Origin: Ascidiella aspersa | Lineage: Eukaryota | Direction of reading: 5' to 3' | Length of the DNA stretch: 64,000 bases | Assembly (NCBI GenBank): GCA_963924565.1 | Contig: OZ004614.1 | Location: 7,812,001-7,876,000 of the forward strand | Part shown: piece by piece, positions 1 to 12,123 of the stretch | Layout: every line of letters begins with the position of its first letter | Position numbering within the stretch: the stretch's first letter is position 1 | Made by a program: the position numbers and the translations under genes | Notes under the pieces: model-generated | Database searches by the model: none | Told to the model about the DNA's origin: nothing | The model's input: the letters and a program-made list of their open reading frames with translations, nothing else

Positions 1-594
1 TTTTTAGAGAATATAAAAAAAGTTGGTAGCATTGTGTTTGTCTTATGTCAAAGAAATACATCTTTTGTTCGGATGTCTGATAATCGGATCGGAGCCGATA
101 CACGATTTGTAAGGATAACATTGGTACTCGTCCGACTCTATAGGGTTGTATTTCATCGACACTAAATTATTTTCTCTTTTAAGACAACGTTCGCCATCCA
201 AGGCTACGTTTCTACCTTGAAATCGAAATTCATAGAAAATAGTAGATTAGGCTACTTTATTGTTATAGGCTTTTTAAAACATACCCAACTGCCTAGCATT
301 GATGTTAATATATCTGTCACTTGAGTTGAGCGAGATATTTTTTGTGCTTGACCTGTTTAGTTTTGTTTTAATTTAAATAATGATAGTGTGTCGTTTTTTT
401 CAATTTTTTACCCAGATTTTAAGTAGAGTTAAAAACGAAATAGTGACCTTAAAAAGCTGTTAGCTGTTAAGCCTAGCAAAGTGGCTATACTCAAAATGCA
501 TCCGGAGCTACCGTCCAGCATTTAGCCGAATGCTGTTGACATTCAAACTTCATTCGTTTGTGACGCGAAACAACCGGCGTCTGTTACGTCATAG

Positions 595-3500
595 AACCAG
601 TTCTTCATCACGTGCCGGAGCAACAGCCAGGTGCGAAACTCCATCTGCGAGGCGCTCTTCCAACGCATTGTGCGAGCACACCGAAACAAAAAACGCTTCC
701 GGGTGTACGTCGTCATGCCCCTAGTTCCCGGTTTCGAGGGGGACATCAGGTGGGTCAGGGGGGTTTCCCATATTTTTAGTTTTCCCATATTATTTGAGAC
801 GATCCAAGATGTATAGAGCAGTGGTTCTGTTACTTGGGTCCGTGAGATTGTTGCAGAGGGTCCTATCTAAACACATTCTTTTCGTTGCGTTTTAGTTTTT
901 TAATGAAAATTTAAAGATATATGACGAATGACGTAATAAGAATACAAAACTTAAAAGTTTAAAATATTTTTTTGTTTATTTTTAACATGCTGATCTTTAA
1001 GAAAATCTTGAAAGTGAATAAAAATATATTAGAAACTTCAAAAATGCTACCTAGTTCTGTTTGGAGCTTTGATTTTTCCATTTCGTCTAACTACAACCGA
1101 CAACCATTATGCTTCGAAGCTCATATACGCACACTTGCAGTCAAGTGCTTTGAACGAGTACTGGTTTAATGTTAGGAGTAATTATTTCTAGCTTTAAATC
1201 AAAATTCCCTGTTTTAAAAATGGATGGGTTCCGCCGTTTTTGATACAAGCAACAGGGACTGTCAGGTAAAATGCGTGCAAACTGCGAATATAAAAGTTGG
1301 CGGCCTGTTCGTAATGTAACATCTGGCGACCAACGGTATTCACAGTGGAACCATATGGCCAGCGACATTTTCTCGTCCTTATGTGACAGCATTTATTAAA
1401 GAAATCGATGATCGTTCGATTTTACCAGTAGTTATCAACTCACCCAGACAGGTCCGAATTTACCGATGGCGGACATCCAACTAACAACAAAAATTGGGGC
1501 ATATCTCCTTTTAGCTAGACAATAAAACCCCTTTTAGCTAAACAATAAAACCCCTTTTAGCTAAAGAATAAGACCACTTTTAGCTAAACAATAAAACCCC
1601 TTTTAGCTAAACAATAAAACCCCTTTTAGCTAAACAATAAGACTCAAAGTTTAAAAAACCCTAGTTAAACCAAGATCAGACATTTTGAATATATATTTCG
1701 CCCATACTGGCGTTTTCGGTTCCTTAATTCCAATGAAAAGTGAATCCATTTTAGGTAAAATACAATATGGCGCCTTTCGCACTAAACTTTGCGGACTTAA
1801 GATTGCTTGTAAGAGTTTAATTTCACTCAAAATGCACATCACTGATATTTCGTAGATGTCACAAAGATTCGCCCTTTCTTCCGAACGATGAATTTGTAGA
1901 AACAACTAGTACTTTTTGAAAGAGTAATAAAAAGCTCAAATGCTTAGCGTCGAAATTTCCAAAGGACGTTTACATAAAAAATTAAAGCCCAAGTTTTGCT
2001 TATGTATTGTGTTTGCTAAAGCTCAAAAAAATGTCGGTTTTTTGTCGGTTTGTTTGAAAAAAACTAAACCAAACATTGGTTTGAAACTTTTTTCCTGGCG
2101 GACCCCTTTTGGTTCCTTAAATTCGGTTCTTCATCAATTTTCAAATTAAGGTATTCTGTCTAACATCTTTAAAATATAGAAGGACCTTATTGATTTGAAA
2201 TAAATATAATTCACGGTTCAATAGTTACTCCAACACGGTTCAATAGTTGCTCCAGCGGTTTTCATTCGGCCTATTTTCTGCACATTTTTCTGCATAACAA
2301 GATTCGTCATAATTAAAACTCAACGAACTTCCGGCTAAAATCATTTTTTAAATAACAATTTATGTTAAACAATATGTTGTGCGGACCCCATGAAACATCT
2401 TCACGGACTCGGTATTAGTAAAGTTAATCGAAGGAAGACCTTTATTTTTTACACCTGATTTATATTTATTTGGTTTCTCTGTACAGCGTGAGTGGGAAAA
2501 GTCAGGCCATCCGCACCGTGCTACACTGGCAGTACAAGAGCATTAACAGGGGAAAGGGAAGTCTTATGGAGGACCTTAATCAAGAAAGTAAGTACATTGT
2601 GGTGGTACAAATATCTTTGTTGTTGCAATATGCTCTAAATTTATACAGTTTTATAAAAATCAAAGCGCGTGGGTTTTATTTTCTATCGCCTTATACCGGA
2701 TGCCTCAGAGAAGACCTACTAAAGTATATGCCTAAGAAGGCTCTGAACTACAGGCTCTAAATCTAAATGCTCGGTATCAAGGTTAACAAACATAAACCTG
2801 CGTTAGGACACCAAATGATGACTTTGACAATATGTGGACCGTTTATCTACCAGCGATGATTCGTAGATTGGATAACGTGAAATGATTAAGACAGGAGCCG
2901 ACTGCCTTGCATTAGCGAACAGCATTTATAACCTAATTTTTAACTCCTGTATGAAAGTATAAAGTATAGGTTAGGCCGACCTGGTGGAGACCAAAATCCA
3001 CATTTCTTGCTCCTAAATTATTAACAGCCATACATTTCACAGATGAGGAAATATTTTTTCAAACTTGCCACGGTTCACGGCTTATCAAAACAACAAGTTT
3101 ATGTGAAGATGAGACGTTTAAATTATGCAAGGGCCGCGGTTCGGCCGCCCGTGAAATAAACTGTTGATTTTTTTCATAGAATCTATTTAGCGCAGTTTGC
3201 ACAATGTCGTCTAAATTTTTTAAATGTTTTATTCATGTACGCCTGCAATGTACGGTCATCAGGTATTGCCCGCATATGGTTCGCCGCTAATTCAGGAACT
3301 AAATTATCATTAACGGTTAAGCAATACCAATACCGTCGAAGCTGAAAAAACATCACGCATAGTAGGAAATATTTAAACCTGTATTTTAGACTTTCTCGTT
3401 TTTCAAAAAAAAAATTTCGAATAGCTTTCAAATTTACTTTATGTCCCAACCTAAGTTATGTGTTTTTGAAAGATTCGTTAAATTTTTTAATTGTGGTCAT

Positions 3501-6500
3501 CGTGGCGTGTATACTGTTTTGTTTACGAATTATATTCGAGTAATATCGATTTAAGTTTTGGGTCGTTAAAAACCTACTAATTCTTTGAAAAGGACTTTCT
3601 TTGAAAATTTTAAATCTTTAAAACTCTTTGTAAGGTTTTATATATATGTATACTTGGTACACTATGCACGGATCTGTAATGTAGCTGGATAATAAATTTC
3701 AAAGCCAAAAGGTCGAGTAGATTGACAGCATCTTGATTAAGACGTTTTGATACGAACTTGTATCATCTTCAGTTAATGTAACAATTGCGTCCTGCCTTTT
3801 ATAAGTGAAGCTTTGATTTGCTTTTCAGTCACTAACTGAAGATGATACAAGTTCGTATCGAAACGTCTTAATCAAGATGCTGTCGATCTACTCGACCTTT
3901 TTGGCTTTGAAATTTATTATTAAGCTATATATATATATATAAATAAATAACCCTGCTTTACGCTTTATTGCAGTCGGTCCCGGTAACGCTTGGAGGTACG
4001 TGTCTTTCTGCGGACTTCGCACCCACTCAGAGCTCAACAAGAAGCCTATCACTGAGATGATTTACGTGCACAGCAAGATGCTCATTGTCGACGACCGCCT
4101 TGTCATTATCGGTTGGTTTTTTCCTTTCTTTTTTATTGAAATTTTTGTTTGTTAAGCATTAAACTAGAATAGACCGATAATATCGGCCGATGTGCCGCTC
4201 CTACCGATATATCGGTTTTAGTAAGTTTAGACCAATATTTTTGCCGATATATTACAGTGAAAATATCATATAGTTTTCAATAAAAACAAACAAGTTTCCT
4301 ACTTTTTAAACTTGCAAATGTATCCTTTGCTTTCATTTTCAGTGCTTGTCAATACAACAGCGAGTTTGGTTAACGGTGTTTAGCGTAATGCAAATTTAAT
4401 ATTCAAAATAAGGGTTGTATGATTCAATAAGAAATAAAAAATAAGAGATAACTGAATGTTTTTTTGCAGTATACTTTTCCGTTAAATTTAAATTATTACC
4501 ATATGTCAGGTTTATAAAAAATCAAAAACAAAAAAGTGTTGTCGGTCTATCTCTAATAAACTTTGTTTTCGAAATTTCAGCCCTTGTGTTTTCCCCATTC
4601 GGTTTTTAACTCGCGATTCGTGTGTTGTTTTTCTGAAGTCAAATCCCGCCGACTCGCGGTAAATTATGCATAAAGCAATAAATTATGCATTCGGGTGAAA
4701 TTGGCATAAATTAGGACTAATTCTGACGAATTAAGATATAAAGGATTGTTCAGTAGATTTGAAACCAGCTTGAACTACGAACTACAGTAATAATATCTTT
4801 TGTTATTTGGGATAAAATGGATTTCGGTCAAGTGAAATCATTATCTTGTAGTTTTTTAAGTTTTATCTAAATTTTGTTTAAATTTTCGAAAAAATTCTAT
4901 TTGTGTTTTTTGAATTGATTTAATCATTTCTTTTGATAACTTAACATAATTTAATTCAAGTTGTTTGGGACTTGACTTTGGACCTACTGTATTTATTTTA
5001 AAGGCAATACTTTTTTCGCGTTTATGCCCGGTTTTTCTTCTTCTATTTACCCTTAATCGCGTTATTTGCAATACTTTTTTAATTGAAATCATTTTTTCGG
5101 TGTTTTGTGTGTTTGTTTTATATGCTGTTCAAAGTACTGTTTGCCATCAGGCGCGTTAAACCAATTTAAACGCTCAACTTTTTAATTGGCCATTACTGGC
5201 ACTGGGCGACTTTGTACTTTAAGATCCAAGATTCAATTTATTTTGTGCTTCTTTGCAAACATTGAAAAAAACAGCACAAAGAATAACGCAAGGACGGCGA
5301 AAGGACATTTACGGTCATCAAGTTGAGCTGCCCATAACTTGGAATTTTTTTAACAACGACTTCTTTGGCTTCAAAGTCATTTTTCAAAATACATAACACG
5401 TTATTTTACGCACGGGGTCCGTTTCAAGACGTTCTCGTTCGATTTACCCTCAATTGTTGTTCCCAAATTAAATTTTCAAGTTATATGGACAATTGCCTCA
5501 ATTTATTTCATTTTTGTACTTTTGACAGTTTCGCTTGCAAGCGAGTTTACCCATTTAAACATAAAGTTCTAAATTGCAATTGCTGGCAGTGGGACTTGAC
5601 ATTGGACCTATTATTTGAAAGGCGATATTTTTCGCGTTTTTGCCCGGCCTATTCCATTCGATTTACCCTTAGTTGTCGTTAATATCCCTCAGGTTCGGCG
5701 AACGTAAACGACCGCAGCATGTCAGGGACACGAGACAGCGAGGTGGCGCTGTTGGTCGAAGACACCCAGTTCGTCGACACGGTCATGGATGGACAGTAAG
5801 TTTCTCGTTCAGTTACCCATGTTATATTATTTTTTGTGCGCAATTATTTTTGTTGGTTTTGCGTTTGTTTGCGTGATTTTGCTATTTTTTGTTTTGTCTT
5901 TCTAAGTGATTTGCATTTGTAAACAACGCGTAAAATGGATTGAAAAAATGTACTTTTTTACTTGAAAGCGGTCCATAGAGTTCTTCCATTTTTACTCATG
6001 TTAGTATTTCCAATTACAGATTAGTATTTACAATTTACTCGGTTACTCAAAATCAGTTATTTCCTATCTCCCTTTCGAAAAGCTTCCTGTTATCGAACTT
6101 CGAAATTTATAGGCAACTTTTTTCAACTATAGACTCTTTTGAATGCATTTTTGGAGCATAATTGATAGAAATCATCCAAAACCTTTTAAAGGTTTTTTTT
6201 ACATTATTTTATGACTTGACAGATGTTTGTTTATTTCGCTTTGTTTATATTTCGACCGCCTTGTAATGACTTAACCTAATGACTTCACGTAAGTGCCCTT
6301 AAGGCAACGTTTTCAAACGACTGGACTTGATTTAAGTCAGGGGTGGGCATCCTTTTTAACACAACTAAGAAAAACTAATGAGCAACTAGGCTGCAACTAC
6401 GGCAGTTTTTTCGGTGTCTACTTTTGGATTCGGAAATAACTTTTTCTACAATTCCATGACGCCTTTCTCGTGCGGATCGGCTCAGTACAATTTAATTAAC

Positions 6501-9500
6501 AGCCTGAATTCAAAACCACCTGTTAAACATAATATCTCAGTCAATATGCGTGGCAAAAGTCTGATACACATTGACAAAAAAAAACAAAGTAAAACTTTAT
6601 GAATCAAGATTGTTTTGTAATAGTGCTTCCCATTCGAGTTCAACTGCTTTAGTGTAGCGGTGTAGCCTATGGGTTACATCGCACTTCAAACAGAACCTGA
6701 AAGACCAAAAGTCCCAACATAGTGTACACTCACAGCCTTTTTTAGGGAAAAATAGCTGGAAGAAGGTAAAGGGCCGCACAAAAAAAGGAAAAGGGCCGAA
6801 CGTTGCCCACCCCTGGTTTAAGTCTTTTGGCTAAATCGAGTCTTTAGGATAAATAACTTGGCTTGAACTTTAGTTTTCATGACATTTTATTAATAAAATT
6901 GGGTTATTTATCTCATTTTTTTTTATCTCAAGATAAAAATGGTTATCTATCTCAATGTAAACGATTTGCCTGCTATATATGTTGCATTTGCGTTATTATT
7001 TATATTTTTTTGTTCAGATATTGCTCATACACGAACGAGTTTAATTTTCAAAGTTTAACGTTGTATTGCCATATCAATGACTTGAAGTTGAACTTGGAAT
7101 TGACTTTTTTATTATTTTGCTTTATTTACGTTTCATAGTGTTGTAATGACTCAAGTCAGGTCATTGACCTGAGAACTTGGAATGGACTTGCTCTAGTAAT
7201 AACTTAACCTATATTTTGCTGAAGACTCGGCTTTAACCTAACTCACTGTGTCCATAAACTGCCTTTTTAAAACTAATGCCTTTTTCTTCATCCAGGCCTT
7301 TTGAGGCGGGACTTTACGCAGCTTCCCTCCGCCGCCGAGTCTTCTGCGAGCACCTCGGTCTTCTGCCCGACGATTATGACGGAACAAGCGCGACCTTTGA
7401 CCCGCTTCTTGACCCCGCTGCCCTCTCGGTGGCTGACGTTGTGTCCGACCAGTTCTTCAAGGACATTTGGACGAAAACGGCCGCGGTTAATACGACCGTC
7501 TACGAAAAGGTGCGCGACTTTTTTCGGAGATGCCTATTTTGTGCATTTTAATACACTGGTCAACAAAAAATATTTTTTTCCTTATTGTGTAAACTTTTTT
7601 AAGTGTTTTTAAATAAGTTTGTCTACGAAAGGGTGGGCGACTTTTTCGGAAATGCCTACTCTGTGCGTTAATACACTGGTCAACAACAAAATATTTTTTC
7701 TTTATTGCATAAAATTTGAGAAGTGTTTTTAGTTAAGTTTGGCGAGCTGATTCTAATTCTGTTGTCAGATTATCTCTATCACATTAAGTCGCAAAAATAG
7801 TTTAAATCACATAACTTTAAAACTTGATGTGATAGAAAAACACTAATGACAGAATTGAAATCATTGGCGAAAAGTACACTAGAATCAGTTGGAAACCCTG
7901 TGCAAGTAAAATTGTGTTGACCAGTGTTATTATTGTTTTTCCACTTGGCCAAGTATTGAAAAGGCGGCAATAGTCGTTTCGTATAATTTGGGTTTGTGTT
8001 GTTTGTCCTGTTTTTTTTTTGTATTGTTTTATCGATTTTTGCAAATGCGATTTTTTCGAAACTAAACTTTGTTTGCAAAGTAGGTTTGTACACGACATTG
8101 CTGTGTTGTTGCAAACCGTTATTTGAGTACGAAAAAAAGAAGAAAAATATGCTATTTTATGCTTCCAGGTCTTTCGCTGTCTTCCATCGGACTTTGTCCG
8201 CAAACTTTCCGACTCGGCAACTTTCCACAAAAACCCACTTTGCGACACGAACGTCGAATCGGCGCGAAAAGAACTCACCAAGGTAATAGTGGCCTATAGA
8301 ATGAACTGCAAAGCCAAATAGGTTGAGTATAGATCGACATCACCTTAATTACGTATCTAAACGTCTTTACCAAGATGCTGTCGATCTACTCGACCTTTCG
8401 GCTTTGCAATTTATTATCAGGCTACATTACAGATCCGTGCATAGTGTAGCCAAAAAATTCTATGGTAAGGTTTGAACTGAAGTCCTCGTACACATACTAC
8501 TAACAAGCGATGTCCGATATTGAACATTTGGTTTCGATACCCGATATTTTGGACGAAAAGTATCGACATCCGACCGATAGCAAATGGGTAGGGGGGGGGG
8601 GATTTCCAGGATTTTAGGGCAACATTTGCCTCAACGTTAAGAGGTTTAAGTTGCCTCTCGTTGTTATTTAAAAAGTTTTTTTAATAAATTTATTTTTTTG
8701 GGATAGAAATTCCTGTGTTGGATCGCAAATCATGCCCGAAACCCATAGTATGAAATCGGCACCGATATTACCCTAGTATCGGACATGTGCCGATACTACC
8801 ACTTCGATATCATCGGACATCCTTACTCCCAGCCGAATGAGCAAAACAAACCCGATAAAAAACTGGTTGAGCTATTTAATCACAAAACATGATACACAGT
8901 CGTTTTCTGTTGCGTCAAAAGTAAAAACAAACGTTTGCAAACCCCTCACACTTCCGCCTTTTCCGTCTATATCAGGGGTTCTTAACCTTTTTTGTATGTT
9001 TTACCCCTTTAACAACGATAAATGTCAGATTTACCCCCCATTATATAAAATAGTTCTCATCTATTAGAAAAAGGAAATTAACAAATTACATCAGGTATTA
9101 TTAATGCGACGGGTTGTTGTCAAAACATTCCAGTTTGGTCTATTTTTTTTCATTTCAGACTGGACAGTTTTGACTAAAAAACGCCAGTTTTTGCTCATCA
9201 TAATTGGATGAGAATTTGCTAGGTGCCATTTTAAAGGAGCCGGTTTCATGGTACTGTTTAAAAATGTTTCCACGCACGAGACACACTGAGGAACTTAAAG
9301 ACCATTCTCAATAAAATATGTAAATCTAAAATTAAAATAATTTTTCTGGGACTTTCTCTTCTTTTGGGACACGCCATTTTTTAGATTACATTTTTTGTTA
9401 CTTTTGCAGACTATAATAATCAGTCAATGAGTTGTTTAAAGCCTTAATCATTGGACTAAAAATATCAACAATAAACTAACTTGGCCAGTTAGGCCGTACC

Positions 9501-9941
9501 CAGTGACAAAATTAGTCCTGGCGAAGTAGTACTGGCCAACGACTGCGGCATACTTATTTTAATACTCCGGGTGGCTTAGGAAAAGCTCTTTCCCGTAATC
9601 TGTTATAAGTTAAACCAAATTTATTTCAGCATTGAAAAGTTTAAACATGATTATGTGTAGTGGTTGTTTATGGTCTTTAAAAGCAGGATCACATTTCATT
9701 CCAAAAAAAAATGAACTTTGTATAATGTTGGAAAATTATTTTGGTTTTTTGAAATAAGGCGGCAAAATATTTGACGATGAAAAGCATGGATGGACAGAAA
9801 ATAAAAAAAAGTTTTTTTGTATCCCCGAACCAGGTCCGCGGGTTCCTGGTGCTCCTTCCTTTGCTTTTCCTAATCGATGAGAACCTGACTCCGGAAACCC
9901 TGACCAAGGAAGCGATGGCGCCAACCGATCTCTGGACCTGA
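595..9941 (+). CDS. PLD1: Phospholipase D1/2-type, 3' part (7 exons; 5' exons lie upstream of the window)
   Basis: Phase-consistent GT-AG exons at 595-749, 2487-2587, 3974-4111, 5693-5795, 7296-7509, 8169-8282 and 9834-9941 (TGA). The translation has [23 protein letters not shown], the second catalytic HKD motif [12 protein letters not shown] followed by [23 protein letters not shown], and C-terminal [11 protein letters not shown], which resembles the PLD1/2 PxEVWT end. PLD1 versus PLD2 cannot be distinguished; a pro-ortholog is likely. Confidence 0.96.
1507..1640. repeat. Minisatellite, 23-bp unit CCTTTTAGCTAAACAATAAAACC, ~6 copies
   Basis: Tandem copies are directly visible in the first PLD intron of the window. 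Confidence 0.9.
3656..3920. mobile_element. Foldback/palindromic MITE-like element (family beginning GGTACACTATGCACGGATCTGTAATGTAG)
   Basis: Near-perfect ~87-bp inverted arms at 3689-3775 and 3833-3920. Related copies lie at ~8305-8449 (carrying the opposite terminus CTACATTACAGATCCGTGCATAGTGTA) and ~51368-51850. Confidence 0.8.
6338..6815. mobile_element. Non-autonomous hAT MITE
   Basis: TIRs CAGGGGTGGGCA / TGCCCACCCCTG; 8-bp TSD ATTTAAGT / GTTTAAGT. Confidence 0.85.
7498..7740 (+). repeat. ~122-bp diverged tandem duplication that includes the exon end and splice donor
   Basis: GTCTACGAAAAGGTGCGCGACTTTTTTCGGA... at 7498 recurs as GTCTACGAAAGGGTGGGCGACTTTTTCGGA... at 7621. Confidence 0.8.
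8305..8449. mobile_element. Partial copy of the foldback element at 3656
   Basis: Shares CAAGATGCTGTCGATCTACTCGACCTTT and ends in the reverse complement of the 3656 terminus. Confidence 0.75.
8505..8825. mobile_element. MITE with GATGTCCGATA / ATCGGACATC termini (CCGATA-rich family)
   Basis: Terminal inverted motifs and repeated internal CCGATA/TATCGG. Fragments of the same family occur at ~70-170, ~45140-45243, ~45680-45778, ~46210-46312, ~53994-54090, ~58550-58620 and ~58775-58860. Confidence 0.65.
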
Positions 9942-10305
9942 CGACCACGCTGCAGTCCCTTGGTGCTGTTAGCGACCAAATGCGGCCCGGTTTTCCCTGC
10001 TTTTCTGTATGGGTAAACGAGAGATTGCGGGTTTCGGCCGAAACGGCTTCGGCTGTATAGCTGTGAAAGTTGCATTTCAGCCTTTTTGAGTTCAACAGCG
10101 ATTTATTTTTTTTTTAACAAAACAATGGAATGGCTTTGATGAAAGTCGCCTCCGTTTTAGAAGTTTCTCGTTTTTGATTCACTGGTGCATTTATTTACAT
10201 CAGCCGTCGAATTCCGCCGAATTCATGGGATATTTGTATTTTATTAAACACTTTTACGTTTAGACAAAACAAAATTAGTCCTAAAATGTAAATGGCATAC
10301 TCCCA

Positions 10306-10458
10306 AATAAAAATGTCACGCGTACTGCGCATCCAAATGCGTTGTTTTGTATCTTAATAGTGCACTTCAATTTTGAAGTATGACATAAGCGCCATTGTTT
10401 TCAGCACTTTTCCTTTTTTATTTTTTCAAAAAGTCAAAGCAGTCAAACTGCCAATAAA
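10306..10458 (+). terminator. Candidate PLD polyadenylation signals (AATAAA at 10306 and 10453)
   Basis: Canonical hexamers 365 and 512 nt after the PLD stop; motif evidence only. Confidence 0.35.
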
Positions 10459-12123
10459 ACGCCCCCTTTAAGGAATTAATTTTAAAGGCTTGGTTTGCAA
10501 TTTGAGAAATGTTTTTAAGTTATTTAGGTTTAGTTTTAATACTTTTCATGCTTTTTTAAAAACTGCAGATTCTCAATATTTTAAGTGCTCTAAGTGGAAT
10601 TATTTTTCACATTTTTGGACAATTGCCTGACTTTCAGTTTAAACACTACTTCCAACGTTTTTGTCCTTACTTCAAATCTCATTCATCCCTTTTGGCGCAC
10701 TTACGTCATACACTGCGTCACGCCTTTTTACTACGTCATAGTCTTTGCAGCCTACTTGGCTGCAACAGAATGCACTTGGTCATACTTTCATTTCACACGC
10801 TGTCGACCAAACGATTCACGTTTTATTTTGTCTAAAAAAATGCACTTTAGCCAGCAATCCAGATTTTATGTAACGCTGTTCCACGGCATTGTTTTTGCAA
10901 ACTACGCGTGTATTTGGAATGTATGTTAATATCGAATCATGGTTGATACCCGATACCATGTTCAAGTATTATTTCTCACGTTTTATGCCGAACTGGTTAT
11001 TTCATTTTAATACTATTTCTCGACTTAAGATTACTTTTTCGACCAAACTTAAGATAAAAGAACAATTTGTTGCTTTTTTGACAATAAGGCTGTCTCCAAT
11101 TGTGTTTTTAGGCCCTAAATTGCTTGCCGACAAATGATTAGGCACAAATAAAACATGTATGAGTGTTGTATTTTCGCAAAGCAGTCTCTAAAACCAACCC
11201 AAACACCATATATGTTCGGCTCTTGCTATTTATTAAATTGCACTCGGCAATACAGATAACCGGGGACCCTGTTACTAAAGAAAGTTTTATGTCTCGCATT
11301 TTCTGCTCGTCTATTGTTTTGGAGTTTTGCGGAAGTTAACCTACAGATCGCAAATAGGAAAATTTCGTTGTTGGGCTTAATCGCTAGCCAAACTGAATCA
11401 CTTTTATTCGTTAGAACAAACCGAATACTTCGCCTAACTTTACATCTGTTTGAAATGATTCTTAGTGGAAATAAAAAATAAATTATTTCGTAATTAGCCG
11501 ATTCCTGTCTGTTGTTTCAAATTAACCTAACCCAATTTTGACAACTATTTTTTTCTGAATTTAACTTTCATTATCTAACATAACGAAAAAGCCATATCCT
11601 TTGATGTACCTAGCGACTGAAAAAACCCAAATGTTCGTTTCGGCTAGTGTCATGTACTTCCTATTCCTGTGATGTCTAATTTGTTTATCGGCCATATCTG
11701 TCGCGTATTTTTGCGCAAAGCACTGCTGAGTAAATGACCACGAACTAGATTTCATTTCGGTGCTAATCTTCGTAAAGCCTAAAGTATGTCGAAGTTTCCG
11801 TTTGAACTTGGTCGATATTCGCGCTGAGCCGTTTGCTTTTTCAGTGCTGTTCAAAGTTTTGTAAACTATGAAGTGCAAACGCGTCATCTAATCGTTCGTG
11901 CTAGAAAATCAAATGGTTCGTGCTAGAAATCGTGTTTTCCTTGTTCATGTATTGAAGTAAACGATGTGTGCGTAATCTGTATTGTGTAATTCCAAGTGAC
12001 TTCTTTTTACCAGCTTTTTCGTATTCGATTATAATCCGAAGGACTGTTCTACTTCCCGTATTAGAAACCAACGCGCGCGAGGAGGCGATTTCGATTCACC
12101 AATGTATTTTTAACGATCGTTTT

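Noticed and set aside
1507-1640. 23-bp repeat array as a CRISPR array
   Set aside because: The units are contiguous with no unique spacers, the context is a eukaryotic intron, and there are no cas genes.
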